Assembly (NCBI GenBank): GCA_950097015.1
Contig: CATNEN010000001.1
Span: 22,940,001-23,004,000, forward strand
Length of the DNA: 64,000 bases
Reading direction: 5' to 3'
Source: Macrostomum hystrix
Taxonomy: Eukaryota; Animalia; Platyhelminthes
Position numbers and translations under genes: made by a program. Positions 24,204 to 36,200 of this stretch are shown in pieces (positions within the stretch are counted from its first letter, which is position 1; every line of letters begins with the position of its first letter). The notes under the pieces were generated by a model. It worked only from the letters and a program-made list of their open reading frames with translations. It was not told the origin of the DNA and did not search any database.

Positions 24204-27200
24204 ATGCAGACTACTGGCGATGAATCAGCTGGACTCGATGATGACGAGACAGATTTCATCACTATTCGTTTTCTGTCGCAACAGGAGCCGGAGACCGTCG
24301 TCAGGGTCAAACAGCGAGGTGATAAGAGCACCAGAAGGTTGGAAAAGGAGAAATTAAGGTAAGTTTCTAGTCCACGTCAAGACAAAGCTATTGATACGCA
24401 TGAATTTGAGCCTCTTTGCGGGCTCTATTGGAGCCAAAGACCAAAAATGCTATTTTTAGTACTCTGGTCTTGATTTAGAGTCAGACAAGACATGTCCTGT
24501 CTGCTTGATCGATATATTTTAACAAGCAAACTCCTCAAAGCGCGCATCGCTCAAATCGTCCTCGACAGGCAACAGCGAGCAAGGAAGAAAGACGAGCTGC
24601 TTGGGCAAGAAGACACTCCGCACTCTTCGATGTCATCGCTAAGCCAGTCCTTCTCAAGGTAAGCGAACTCATTTAGGAGCCAGTAAGCCAACTTGACTGG
24701 CGAATTATGCTTGTAGGCCTAATTAGCCGGTTACACGGGGCGGGAGCTAACGATGTGGGCTAACGAATGCACTTGAACAGAATGCAGATTAGCAAATGAG
24801 GCTGTGCTCAGTCGCTGCTTCTTCTGTTGATCTACCTCTTCCACCTTTCGCATTATACCAAAGCATTCATTATACATACACGAAAGAGCTCAATAGGGGC
24901 TAAACAAAAGTCAGACCAAAGAATCAGTTGCATGACTGCCAAATCTCCAGTTTTCCCACAGTAGATGCCACAGGCCGGGGCCCAAGGCGACTAAATTTAG
25001 AAGGCTGGCTCTTTGCGTTCCCCCAATCTCACTGGCGAGTGTGTTTTCTTGCTGCTCTCCAAAAGTCGATAATGGGGAGGCGAAGGACGGCCAGAAGGCC
25101 TTGGAAGGGCGAACAGAGAAATTCAGAAGGCCACAAGCACACGCATGTCCCTCTGAGTGGAGAGAGAGAGAGAAGACACGCAGAGAAAAGGGGCAAATGG
25201 CTAGTTCTGCTGCTAGCTGCTGCTAGAAATGGTATTGCTGAAGCCGCGGCCCCAGATCGATGGAAGAATGAAGAGCTGTCATTAGCTTGTTCCCTCCCTC
25301 CTGTAGATAAGGAATCCCGGCATGCCAGAGAGGATTCTGCTAATTGGAATGTGAGAAGGTCGCTAGAGAGCTAGGCAAATTAAATTTAACTGATTCGTTA
25401 AAAAAAGTCAGTCTAATCCTTCTAGTGGCACTCGAAACTTTTCGAAAACGATTTTTAGAGATTCTAAGATGATTCTACTTTTTGGGGGACTTCAAAGAGG
25501 GCAATGAGAGAAATTTCGACCTGTTTGAGCTCGTAGTCATGCGGTCGAGCTTCGGAATTCTGATCGAAAGAGGTCCGGGAGTTCGAATCTTTTGGGGAGA
25601 CAATTTGAGTCATTGAGCAAGATACTAAATTCTCAAGTGTTTCAGTTCACACAGCTGTAAAAATAGGTATCGGCATTTGCTGGGGTGGGTCTCCCAGTCC
25701 ACGGACTGAACGGCTGTACACTACGTACAGTGCTAAAGTTGTCCAGCCAATTCAAGTACCATAGTACAGAGTGTACTCGTAATATTGAACAGGTTGTAAA
25801 GTGAATAGCATTTTATAATTTCCCACTTGTTGAACTCATCAGGTTCACTGAGTATTCATAAGCATGAATATATTAGCCAGTTATGAGCAGACATCCTACG
25901 TGAGAACTTGGGTGAGGGAGCCCGCGTGATGCGACGACCACCGGTGCAAGCCTGTTACCCAGACGTATCATATTTTTCAATAATCGTAAAAAAATGCATG
26001 CACATCAGCTCAACTCAGTGGGTCGTTGATCCAGCATCGCTGGGAGGGATGCAGCAAAAAACTTGCCTGACGAATAAACCTCATCTAAGTTTGATAGCTG
26101 AAAGCCTGCAGAGGTTTGTAGGGCCGGCGTGGCTTGGTTAGCCTCCCCACCGACTGTCACCACCATGCGTGGCTGTATCTGAATAAATAATTTATCCCCT
26201 CAACCAGGGCTTGTCCTCCAGTACCATCTGAGAAGGTGCCGGAGCTTGGCCAGCAGCCACTCACAATGCCATTCTTGCAGCGTATCTGTCGCATCGACCC
26301 CCCAGCCTCTCCCCCATCTCTTTCCGGCCACTGAAAGTGTACACCCTGCATGGTCAGTGTTTTTTCTCTCTTGGGGGGGATTCATAAGACCCCAATGCCC
26401 CCCGTAGAAATTTTCATTCCCTGGTCGGTTGTGTGGTCCAAAATGTGCGGCACATTTTTAATAGTTATTTGGTTAGTAAATCATTTACTAAATAATAGCT
26501 TAGAAATATCATATGGACTGGGCCACATCTTTGCAATGTGCCCAATGCGTTTATCCCTTCTCTTACCCTCCTATTTAGTAGGGAAGCCACACGCCCTGGT
26601 GGCAGCCCGCCTGCCAGACCCAGTTTGAAGCTTTTATTCAATTTTTTAAAGTATGCTGCCTAATGTAGCAGGGCTGGGGCGAGGCTGAGGGGGGAATTGA
26701 GACGAGGGGAGTTGGAAAGCTGGCCGAAGGAAATTGAGAAGCTTGACTGTGGCGCAAGTATACGAGGCCAAGCACGAGGATTGAAATCCTGTCAGCGCGA
26801 GTCCCATCTTCTCAGATGGCGCATCTGAGTATAGTTTGAGCACTGACGTTGAAATTCAACGACTGACAAATGGCGAGAGAACCGTTACAGAAATAATAAG
26901 AGTGCACCGAAAATGCATTAAAAAATTGAGAGCAAAACTGCCAAGCGCATCGGAATCCGTTTGTACTTTTACTTCGAGGATAGATATTCAAATAAGAAGA
27001 TAAAAAGATAATACTCATGTAGGCTATGTACAGATTTTCAGTCCGTGGACTTGTGAGGCCGTCACACCAACCCTAATATCTACGCCAGCTTGTGCTGCTA
27101 CCTACTTTACCTACCTACCTTGCTGAACTGCATTACTAAGAAATTAATTTTCCTGCTCAACGACACAAACTGCTTTCGATCCCATGACCTCACGGTTGCT

Positions 27201-30200
27201 CTAATAGCTAGGCAATGTCCATCCCTCATTTGAAAATAAAACTTTCCAGACATTGCCTAATAAAAAACATTTCAAGGTCTCATTGGGATTACAGCTGCAA
27301 AGAAATTGCAAGTGGTAACAATACAGCCAAAGTTGTGAGTTCAGCTCACACGCTTGACCTGTACTGATACTTCAGGCTTCCAAGGTTAACCCGCTGCCTT
27401 TCTTTTCTTACTCTCTCGCCCTGTCCCACGCGCACACACAATGAGCTTCTCACCCTCCTGGCAATACTTTTTTCCCCAATGCAATGTCCAAAGAGGCTGG
27501 AGCTGCAATTCCTTCGCACCGCCTGGGCGCCATAAAGCATTTGATCATCTACATCGACGGTCCATAGGGAGGCTCGAGTCGGTGGGCAAGATTGAGCACA
27601 CTGAGAAAGATGGGGAAATGGGGTGCTGAGGGATCCGGAGTGGAATGGGATTTGGGGACCTTGGAACGAGCAGTGCGCTGATTGCCTTCACCACCCCAGG
27701 ACTGCATCTCCGACACCCTCAGTGGGCAGTCGAGTCAGCCCCCACCATCACAGTAGGGCCTTCAATCTTCCGTAGACCCGCTAGTTTCTAGAAATAGATT
27801 TCTCATTAACTAAATGTGTCCTCCTGTGCTCTAATGTCTGACTGCGCTTCATACTTGATTGATCGATGGCGGTGTTATCCAGGAAACGAGTTTCAATGTG
27901 TTGTATTTAAGTTTGACATCAAATGGAACCAAACGGATGCTTAAAGACTGAAATCCATATTTATTTTCATCGCAGGCTACCAGATATTCCATCAGGCAGT
28001 TGGCTGAACTTGAGAAGACTCAACAGCGCCCTGTTGAGCAGCTCGGAGAGTGTGGCCACAGTGGCCGAGCAGCCGCAGCCTCAGCAACAGCAGCAGCAGC
28101 AGGATTTTTTCAGCACGCTATTTGACAAGCTTTCCGGTGAGAACTCTTATCAGATAGGGGAAGCTTTCTACAATGTTAATGTATTGGAAACACTTTTGGA
28201 GGACACAATCTAGACTAGAAAATGTAGCTAAGTGCAGTTCTTCTGATCTTAATCTAGTCAGAGCTCGAGTAGGTTACTTGCCACGGAGAGGCTAGACAAA
28301 GCTGGCTTTCTGCCTTGAAAAAGAAGCATTTTCCTTTCTTTGCGTGAAGCTGGTCTTTTGATCCGCCGAATGAGTTACTGGCTTCACGTGTTCTCGTGTT
28401 CATCATAGTTCTCACGTAGGTCTCCTTTCATCTGAAATGTGACTTTAAGGCTCTCTGTGACGCAGAAAGTTAAAGGATCTTTGACTGGCTAGTAACGAAT
28501 TTCCATAATAATTTCATGTGTTGTTTATGTTCAACATGTATTGTATTGCCTCGCTTAGTTACGGTTATCATGTTTCCGGCTTCGAGACACAATGAATGAT
28601 TCTTCAGACTATCGTTCTGTCATCGGATCATTCAGTTTATCAGTCTGTCATTGGATCATTCAGTTTATCAGTCTGTCATCGGATCATTCAGTTTATCAGT
28701 CTGTCATTGGATCATTCAGTTTATCAGTCTGTCATCGGATCATTCAGTTTATCAACCTGTCATCGGATCATTCAGTTTATCAGTCTGTCATTGGATCATT
28801 CAGTTTATCAGTCTGTCATCGGATCATTCAGTTTATCAGTCTGTCATCGGATCATTCAGTTTATCAACCTGTCATCGGATCATTCAGTTTATCAGTCTGT
28901 CATCGGATCATTCAGTTTATCAACCTGTCATCGGATCATTCAGTTTATCAACCTGTCATCGGATCATTCAGTTTATCAGTCTGTCATTGGATCATTCAGT
29001 TTATCAACCTGTCATCGGATCATTCAGTTTATCAGTCTGTCATTGGATCATTCAGTTTATCAACCTGTCATCGGATCATTCAGTTTATCAACCTGTCATC
29101 GGATCATTCAGTTTATCAACCTGTCATCGGATCATTCAGTTTATCAGTCTGTCATCGGATCATTCAGTTTATCAGTCTGTCATGAGCCAGTAGCTTGTTC
29201 CTCTTAGACGTCTCTGAATCAAGTTGCAATGTCTCAGAGACCATGTTTTCGACCGGACCCGACAGGCAGTCTGACGGCCGTGACGGAGACACCGGAGGAG
29301 CTCTCCCAGGAACATCAGGAGCGCGACCAGGCGCTGCTAACCTACTCAATTTATCAGGTCTCAACCCGACGCTTCAAGGACAGTCCGCCGCCTCCGGTTG
29401 CCTCTTCGCCCACTGATCCCAACTGCAGACGAAGACAGCGTCGTCGGCGACGGCGACACCCACCCGGACACCGGAGCCAGCAGGCGAATCGAGTCGATGA
29501 AGTTGAGCAGGACGGCACCGCGGCTTCCGAGTCCGAGTACAGCGAGTGCGGCGAGTTCGACGCGACAGACGATGAGGAGAGACCGCGCAGTGGTGCAGCG
29601 TCTGGCGCGGAGGGCGAAAGAGCCGAGACACCAGGTGAGGGGGAAAACAACCTCTGACAACTCGACGCTAACCCCAGAACAGCTGCTTGTCGCGGTTCCT
29701 AAATCACTAATCACACATTCCAGGGACTTGAAGCAATATCCCAGGGCACATTTGTCATTCGACCGTTGATTGATTATTCTTTGTTTTACTAGAAATCGAT
29801 AAAGATAAAAATAAGTTGGTTGTAGCCTAGTCGCTAGACATTCGGACTCCTGACTTCAGGGATGGTGGTTCGATTTCCGACTCAACTGGAACAGTTATGT
29901 ATCCTTTAGCTAGACATTTAACTCAGCATTGCTTCAGTTCACTCAGCTGTTTAATGGGAACTCATTGGTTTGGGTAGTTAAAGGCGTGGAAATAGTTAAC
30001 GATATGTTTGTGGAAAATTAACTTAAGATGCTTAATTACTGAATTGTCACGGAAGTACTCTTTTGAGCGCAAAAGAAGTTAAAAATAAGAAAAAGGCAAT
30101 GAATATTAACCCAAAAAATAAAAAAACGAATGCACGGTTATGTTTTGTGAATTATTGAAGTAACTTTCGTTCATGTATGGCTACCTTGGTCGCAGGACTG

Positions 30201-33200
30201 CTGTTCTCAGATCAAAGGCTCGTATAAATCACTATATTGTTCTGTTGCCTCGAGCGTCAGTTGTATTTTTCTGTCATCTCCCGCCATTAAGTAGCTTAAT
30301 GTGTATCCGGCAGTAAGGAGGTTACAATTTAGGAGTGTTCTATTAATTTAAATAATTTTGTTAATTCGAACGGGCTGTGGTTATTCCTATTTCAACTAGG
30401 CTCTCATAAATAAGAAGTAGACCTAGTTTTCAACTTAATTTGACAGCTAGCTACTGCACCATCTGTCCTCATAGCAGTACAGCAGTTAATGCTGAGCCTG
30501 TTATGCATTTCTGATGAAAGCACCGAATTCAGTATTGACTTCGTCAAATAAGAAAAACACATTTTAATATTGCGCCAACAATTCAATGCATTCAGGAATA
30601 AATTTTTGGTTTTATGATGGTCCAGTATCTAGAATGTTTTATATCGAGCCAAACACTATTCTGTAAGATCTGAATAGTTTGCCCCTCATTAGGTCTCGCT
30701 TTCGTTGGCTAACTTATGGTTTCCTAGTCAAAACGACTCAGCGTCACGCGCACTCACTTGCAGAAATAGTTCGCTTCCTGTGGGCCCACCAGGCCAAGTG
30801 CTGGCCTCCACCTCTGGTGCCAAATGGCGGAGGCGAAGTCAGCGGCGGCCGCAGCGGAATGGCTCAGTTCGGTGAGTTGTCAGCTCTAGCAGCCTTTATT
30901 TGCTTATAAAACATTCAATGTTGGTCTGAACTTTGACCGTGATCCGTCGATGGAAGCACTCGAGGAAGTGTTTTTGAAAGTTGCCCTTTTCTTAACAGTC
31001 TATTTTCAGCGCGGGTGAATTTCAGTTACCCATGCACTGCCTACTTCCCAGTAGCTCGCAAACGGAATGAACAATTTCGGTGAAAGTCCACCATATGAAT
31101 CGTAAGTTTCCGCCCTTTACAAGAATGCCGATGTCTTTATTATTCTCAAGTTTTTTCATCGGTTAAAGCGGAAAATTTTAGCCCGTGTTCTGGATTTTCA
31201 TGGCTAAGGGTTGAATATTTTGGGAGCTACATAAAAATTTGGGGATTTTAAATACCCCTTTGTCTTTCTACCGTTAACAGGCCACCCCATCTTCAACCGG
31301 CCAACGCCACAAAAAGTGTCTCAAACAAGAGTTAGGCAAAACTCGGGCGAACCTGCTGGTGCAATTAGAACTCTCGGAGCTTCTGACAACGGCCTCGGAG
31401 GCGACCAAGAAAACTTTGGCGCAGGTCTTGACGAGACTGACGGCGCTGTATTGTCAGTTCCAGCTGAAGAGGACGAGCTGGACCTCCTCTCTATGGCCGG
31501 AACCAGCCCCATGATCATCGCTGGAGTGTCATCTCTAACGGTGCCGTCCCTACTCGCTCCGACTCCTGTGCCTTCGCCGTTGCTGGGCGCTTCATCTTCA
31601 ATAGGCTGCCTTTCTCCTTCGCCAACCTACGATGACGGCGCCTCATCAGCCGCAGGGGGTGGAGGTTGCGGTGGCGGTCTGGGCGAAGTAAAACTGGCCT
31701 TGGACTTTAATTTTAAGTCTGCAGTATTTCTGGTGCACGTCATCGAATGTCGCGGGCTGCCAATCGGTGACGCCAAACGGCATCGAACTGACTGGTAAGC
31801 AGAGGGTGCAGACCTGACTGAGAACAAGATAATGGACAAGACAATTGCTGGGTCCGCTCAGGCGGGGACAGTCTCGCATCCGGAGATACCTGTACTGGAT
31901 TTTTGGGACGCCACAATGCTTGACACCGACCTAGGGGGGGACTAACAGACCATCTGAAGCGTTTTTGTTGTTTCTGAATGATTTAGGGATATATTATGAG
32001 TAATCAATGATCAGAAGATCAGTGATTGTTCCATAGTACTGGGACTGGAGTGATGACACATTCGCATCTCAAATATTTCAGCTATGTGAAGACCTGCCTG
32101 CTGCCGGACCAGACTCACAAAGCGAAACGGCGCACCAAAGTCAAGAAGAACACACAGGCGCCGATTTTCGACGAGAAACTAAAGGTGAGTGAGCAATCTG
32201 ATCGGGGAGTATTTTATGATGGAACTTGACTCTGACTCCTTATCAGATCTTTTTCGTTTTAACTTGATGTGCTTACTCAATGCTGAGGTAAAACTGATGC
32301 AAGCCGGTAAAATGTTTGACCGATCGGAGCTGCGCATCGATACGAGAAAAAAAAAGATTTCACTGCAAGTGGCTGTCTGTTTGTTTTAAAATCCAGGACA
32401 GTTTTCAGTTTGACCGAAAAAAGCCATTGAGGGTGCTAAATTAGCAGATGGTTGCATAGCAGAGCGGAAAACAAGCTTGTGTACAGAGCATCTACAGAGC
32501 AGCGAAAACAGCCCATCAATAGAGAAGATGCAAGTCGCTCCTTAAATTAAGCACATCTTTAAGCATTAGGTTCTTTGCCTGGCAACTGCAGGTGCAGTCC
32601 AGTCTTGTAATTTAGTCAGAAAGGCAGACTTGTCTCGGCTTGCCTTCACCTTTTCAAGCATAACTCATCGGGGGAGAATTCTAGGTGTGTTATCTCGGAC
32701 TCAGTTGTGTCTCATCCCTGAGCAGAGGTCATATTCCGGCCTGCACCGAGCTGGCATTGCACCGCTGTCTCCGTTTCTAGGAAATTGTAGGCAAAGCAAA
32801 TCTCCTAGTTTATAGTTGACCACTTTCTGTCACTAAGCAAACACCAGTTTGCAGGTAAGGTCTATTTGGCTACGATAGTAGATTCCTAGGATATCTGCAG
32901 AACTCGTATGTTTTGAGCATGCTGGTTGTAGCCTAGTGGTTTGATTACCGACTCTACTGGAACAAACGCTTAACTCTGAATTTCTTCAGTACACCCAGCT
33001 GTTAAATTGGTACCAGCATCAGCAGGGGTAATTTAGGGTGTCTTTTGGTCCACCTAGTCCATGGACTGGACAGCCGTACTCTACCTTCAACTGAACTCAA
33101 TATCTGCGGCTGTACTGTCGGCTGCAAATGTGGCCAATAGGGGCAGGTGTAATCAATTATTACTTTTCATCTTGAGTTCTGTGTGATGCTTCTGTAAACA

Positions 33201-36200
33201 GCTTTTGTGTTCCATTTCAGTTAGACTTTCCAGGGTCAGGCAGAAGTCGATGAGGATAAGAATAGTCTTTCTTAATGCAGCTCCTGAAGCCTTGGACTAG
33301 ATCCTCTAAGCCGGGGATGCGTAGAGCTAAGACGCCTCAAAAGCGGCCTGCAGCCACGAGCTCAAACAACCGAAGCCTCACCCGCGGGCTTAGCCAGGCA
33401 TGGAAGGCAAAGTGTTTCGCTCTCAGCTCTGTGACCCCGCGGAAAGAATTATGCGCATCCGCCTGTTTCTGTCTGATGATTCGCCTCGCTCATCTGCTGT
33501 GGAGGCGCCGCGCATCTGAAATTGCCAGCGCGGGAGTTTTGAATGTTATCCCATGGGAAGCATTGCGCCAGAGGGAGAGGCGCCTCGAGAGGAGAGCGGG
33601 ATGCGGGAGATAACTTTTTCTCCCCTGTAATCTTCCCATCTCAGCTAGTCCGCGCGTTCGCGCCAGCCACTTCAGCCTGTTGGTTCTTCTCCACCGCGAG
33701 ATCTCAATCGCCAGGCTCTTTGGTTTGTGTCGGAAATTTCCGACTCTCAGCATTTCTGCCGGAATGCAAATATCGGGGCCGGAGGGTCTCCAAGGAATGA
33801 GACTCCGGGCGGGTCTGGCTTTCTCGTTTTCTCTCTAAAGTGCAGTTCGGTGGTCTGGCGTCCGCATTTGTGAGCGAAAAGTGGGGCGCATTCTGTGGAC
33901 GCTTGCTCCCGATCTCGTCTGCTGCAAGCGAAGGGTAAACTAATAGGTTTGCGGCGTCCGTTCTCAAGCGACCCATTTGAGTTCCCCCACCGCTGATCAC
34001 ATCAGACGGGATTCCCCGCGGGCGTTAGCGTGCAAAACGTACTAAAACTGTTTGCATAAGTTAATGCCTGGGATCGAATAACTTGCGTTTCTTCCTCCCA
34101 GATGTTCATGTGGAATCGGAGCAATAAAATCCATTACTACCATCTGTGCTTCGTATATTACGACTGCTCATCGTTATTCTCCGTCATGATATTTTTATAA
34201 AAATTCAGCTTAATAAAAAATACTCGCTATTATCCTTCGTGACATGCAAAGGTTTTCTTTGAAGGCATAAAAGTACACTCGCTTTTTTTTACTATTTTGT
34301 GGTTAATTATGCCCTAGAACAGAAATCGGTGATATTATGTTTAAGAAAAATGTTTTCGCTCCACCTTTGGCAGTACACAATCTCTCTCTCGGACCTCGAG
34401 ACGCGCAAGCTGCACGTGTCAGCGTGGCACAGCACGGACCTGTTGCAGTCGGATGTGCTTCTGGGCGAGCTGGAGCTGCCGATGAGTATGACAACGCTGC
34501 AGTGCAAGGACGCACGCTGGCACTGCCTGCATCGCTCAATGCCATCGCTGGAGCTGCAGCTGGCGCACAGCAAGTACGTCGGCGAAGTGACGCTCTCGTT
34601 AAAGTATGTCACCGCGGACAATGTCAACATCACCGACATCAGCCAGGTCGTCAGCTGCGGGGAACTGCGCATCTGGGTCAAGGAGGCCAGGCACCTACCG
34701 TCAACCAGGATGGGATCACAGCCCGCCGATCCCTATGTGAAGCTGTGAGCTCCGCAGCAGCTTTGGAATGTTAAATCGAAATTATTCTTTGAGATAATCA
34801 TTAAGACTTCTTTAACAGAAAAATTTATTTGCTCTAGCTGTCTTCTGCCGGATCGGTCTTCGAAGGGAAAGCGCAAGACACCGCCGGTTCAGAAGTCCTG
34901 CAGCCCCGTATGGAACCTGGTGCTGAAGTTTGAGAACGTGTCCGTGAAGGAGCTTCGCAATCGCGCCCTGGAACTGACCATCTGGGACCACTACAGACTG
35001 ATGCCTGGAAAGAAGGTCTTCCTTGGAGGAATTCTGCTGCATGCCGACTCACACAGTGAGTTCAGATATTTTGGGTCGCAGTGCATACCAAAGGTGATAA
35101 CGCAAGCTGCTGTAGCAATGTACAGAAATATGCACCACACCCAGCTAGAACTTTGCTGTTCTGCCCCATGTGCCCTGAGCATATTAATATCTTATCTAAA
35201 ATGGTGGACTAAGTCCAATGTTCCCTGCAAATATGGTTGCACATACTCAGAAATGCAGTACTTTAGTGGGAAAAATATCACTTATGTTAAATGCATTTAC
35301 AGGAATAGTGCATAGCACATACGTTAAAATAATATTGTATATTCTGATTGACCAAAATGGCTTCACATAGAGCCAAAAAAGAACCGTCCATTCAGACACC
35401 GGATAAAAATACGACTAGCGACAATCATGAACGTGGAGAGTTGCAAAACTTCGCGAATGTCGAGTCGGTCTACGAATATCTCGGCGGAGCAGGTCGCTAC
35501 AACGTCACTGTGTTGATCCTGATGATGCTCTGCAAAGCATTTCCCGGCATGATCACGCTGTCACCGAATTTCACCGCGGCGCCAATGCAGTTCAACTGCA
35601 GCAGCTCTGAAGCGGTGAGCTCGCCGACCGTTCAAGGCAATGAGAGTTGCACTTTGGAAACTGGAGGCGCCCAGCAGTGCTGGCTGGTGTACAACTGCTC
35701 AGCAGCCGACTCAGCTCGAGATCACCAAATCCGATATCCCTGTACTGAGTTCAGCTTCCACAGTGACATTTTCCAGTCCACTTCGATTTCGAAATTCAAT
35801 CTAGTGTGTGATCGGTCTTGGATGGCCCACTTGGCCACTACATTCTACTTCGTGGGATTTCTAATCGGTTGCTCATTGTACGGTGCTCTGGCGGACAGGT
35901 TCGGCCGACTCAAGATCATAATAATCTGCGCAGTGAACCTGTCTCTATGCACGGTAGCTGCCTCATTAGCTCCCTACCTGTGGCTTTACTGGACCCTGCA
36001 ACTACTGGCCGGAGTAGGCAACGGCGGTCTGCTCACCTGTCTGTACACCTACGCGCTAGAGAACACAGACACCAAGCACAGAGCAGTGTGGGGCTTCCTT
36101 GTGCACAACGGCTGGACTCTCGGCCTCCTGGTCTTCACGCTCATGGCTTATTTCGAGCGAGACTACCAGCGACTGATGCTGTACGCCGGACTGTCAGTCC

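Noticed and set aside
35055-35357. In-frame Slp-SLC22 fusion through the acceptor at 35302
   Set aside because: The splice product is out of frame with the SLC22 ATG and stops shortly after.
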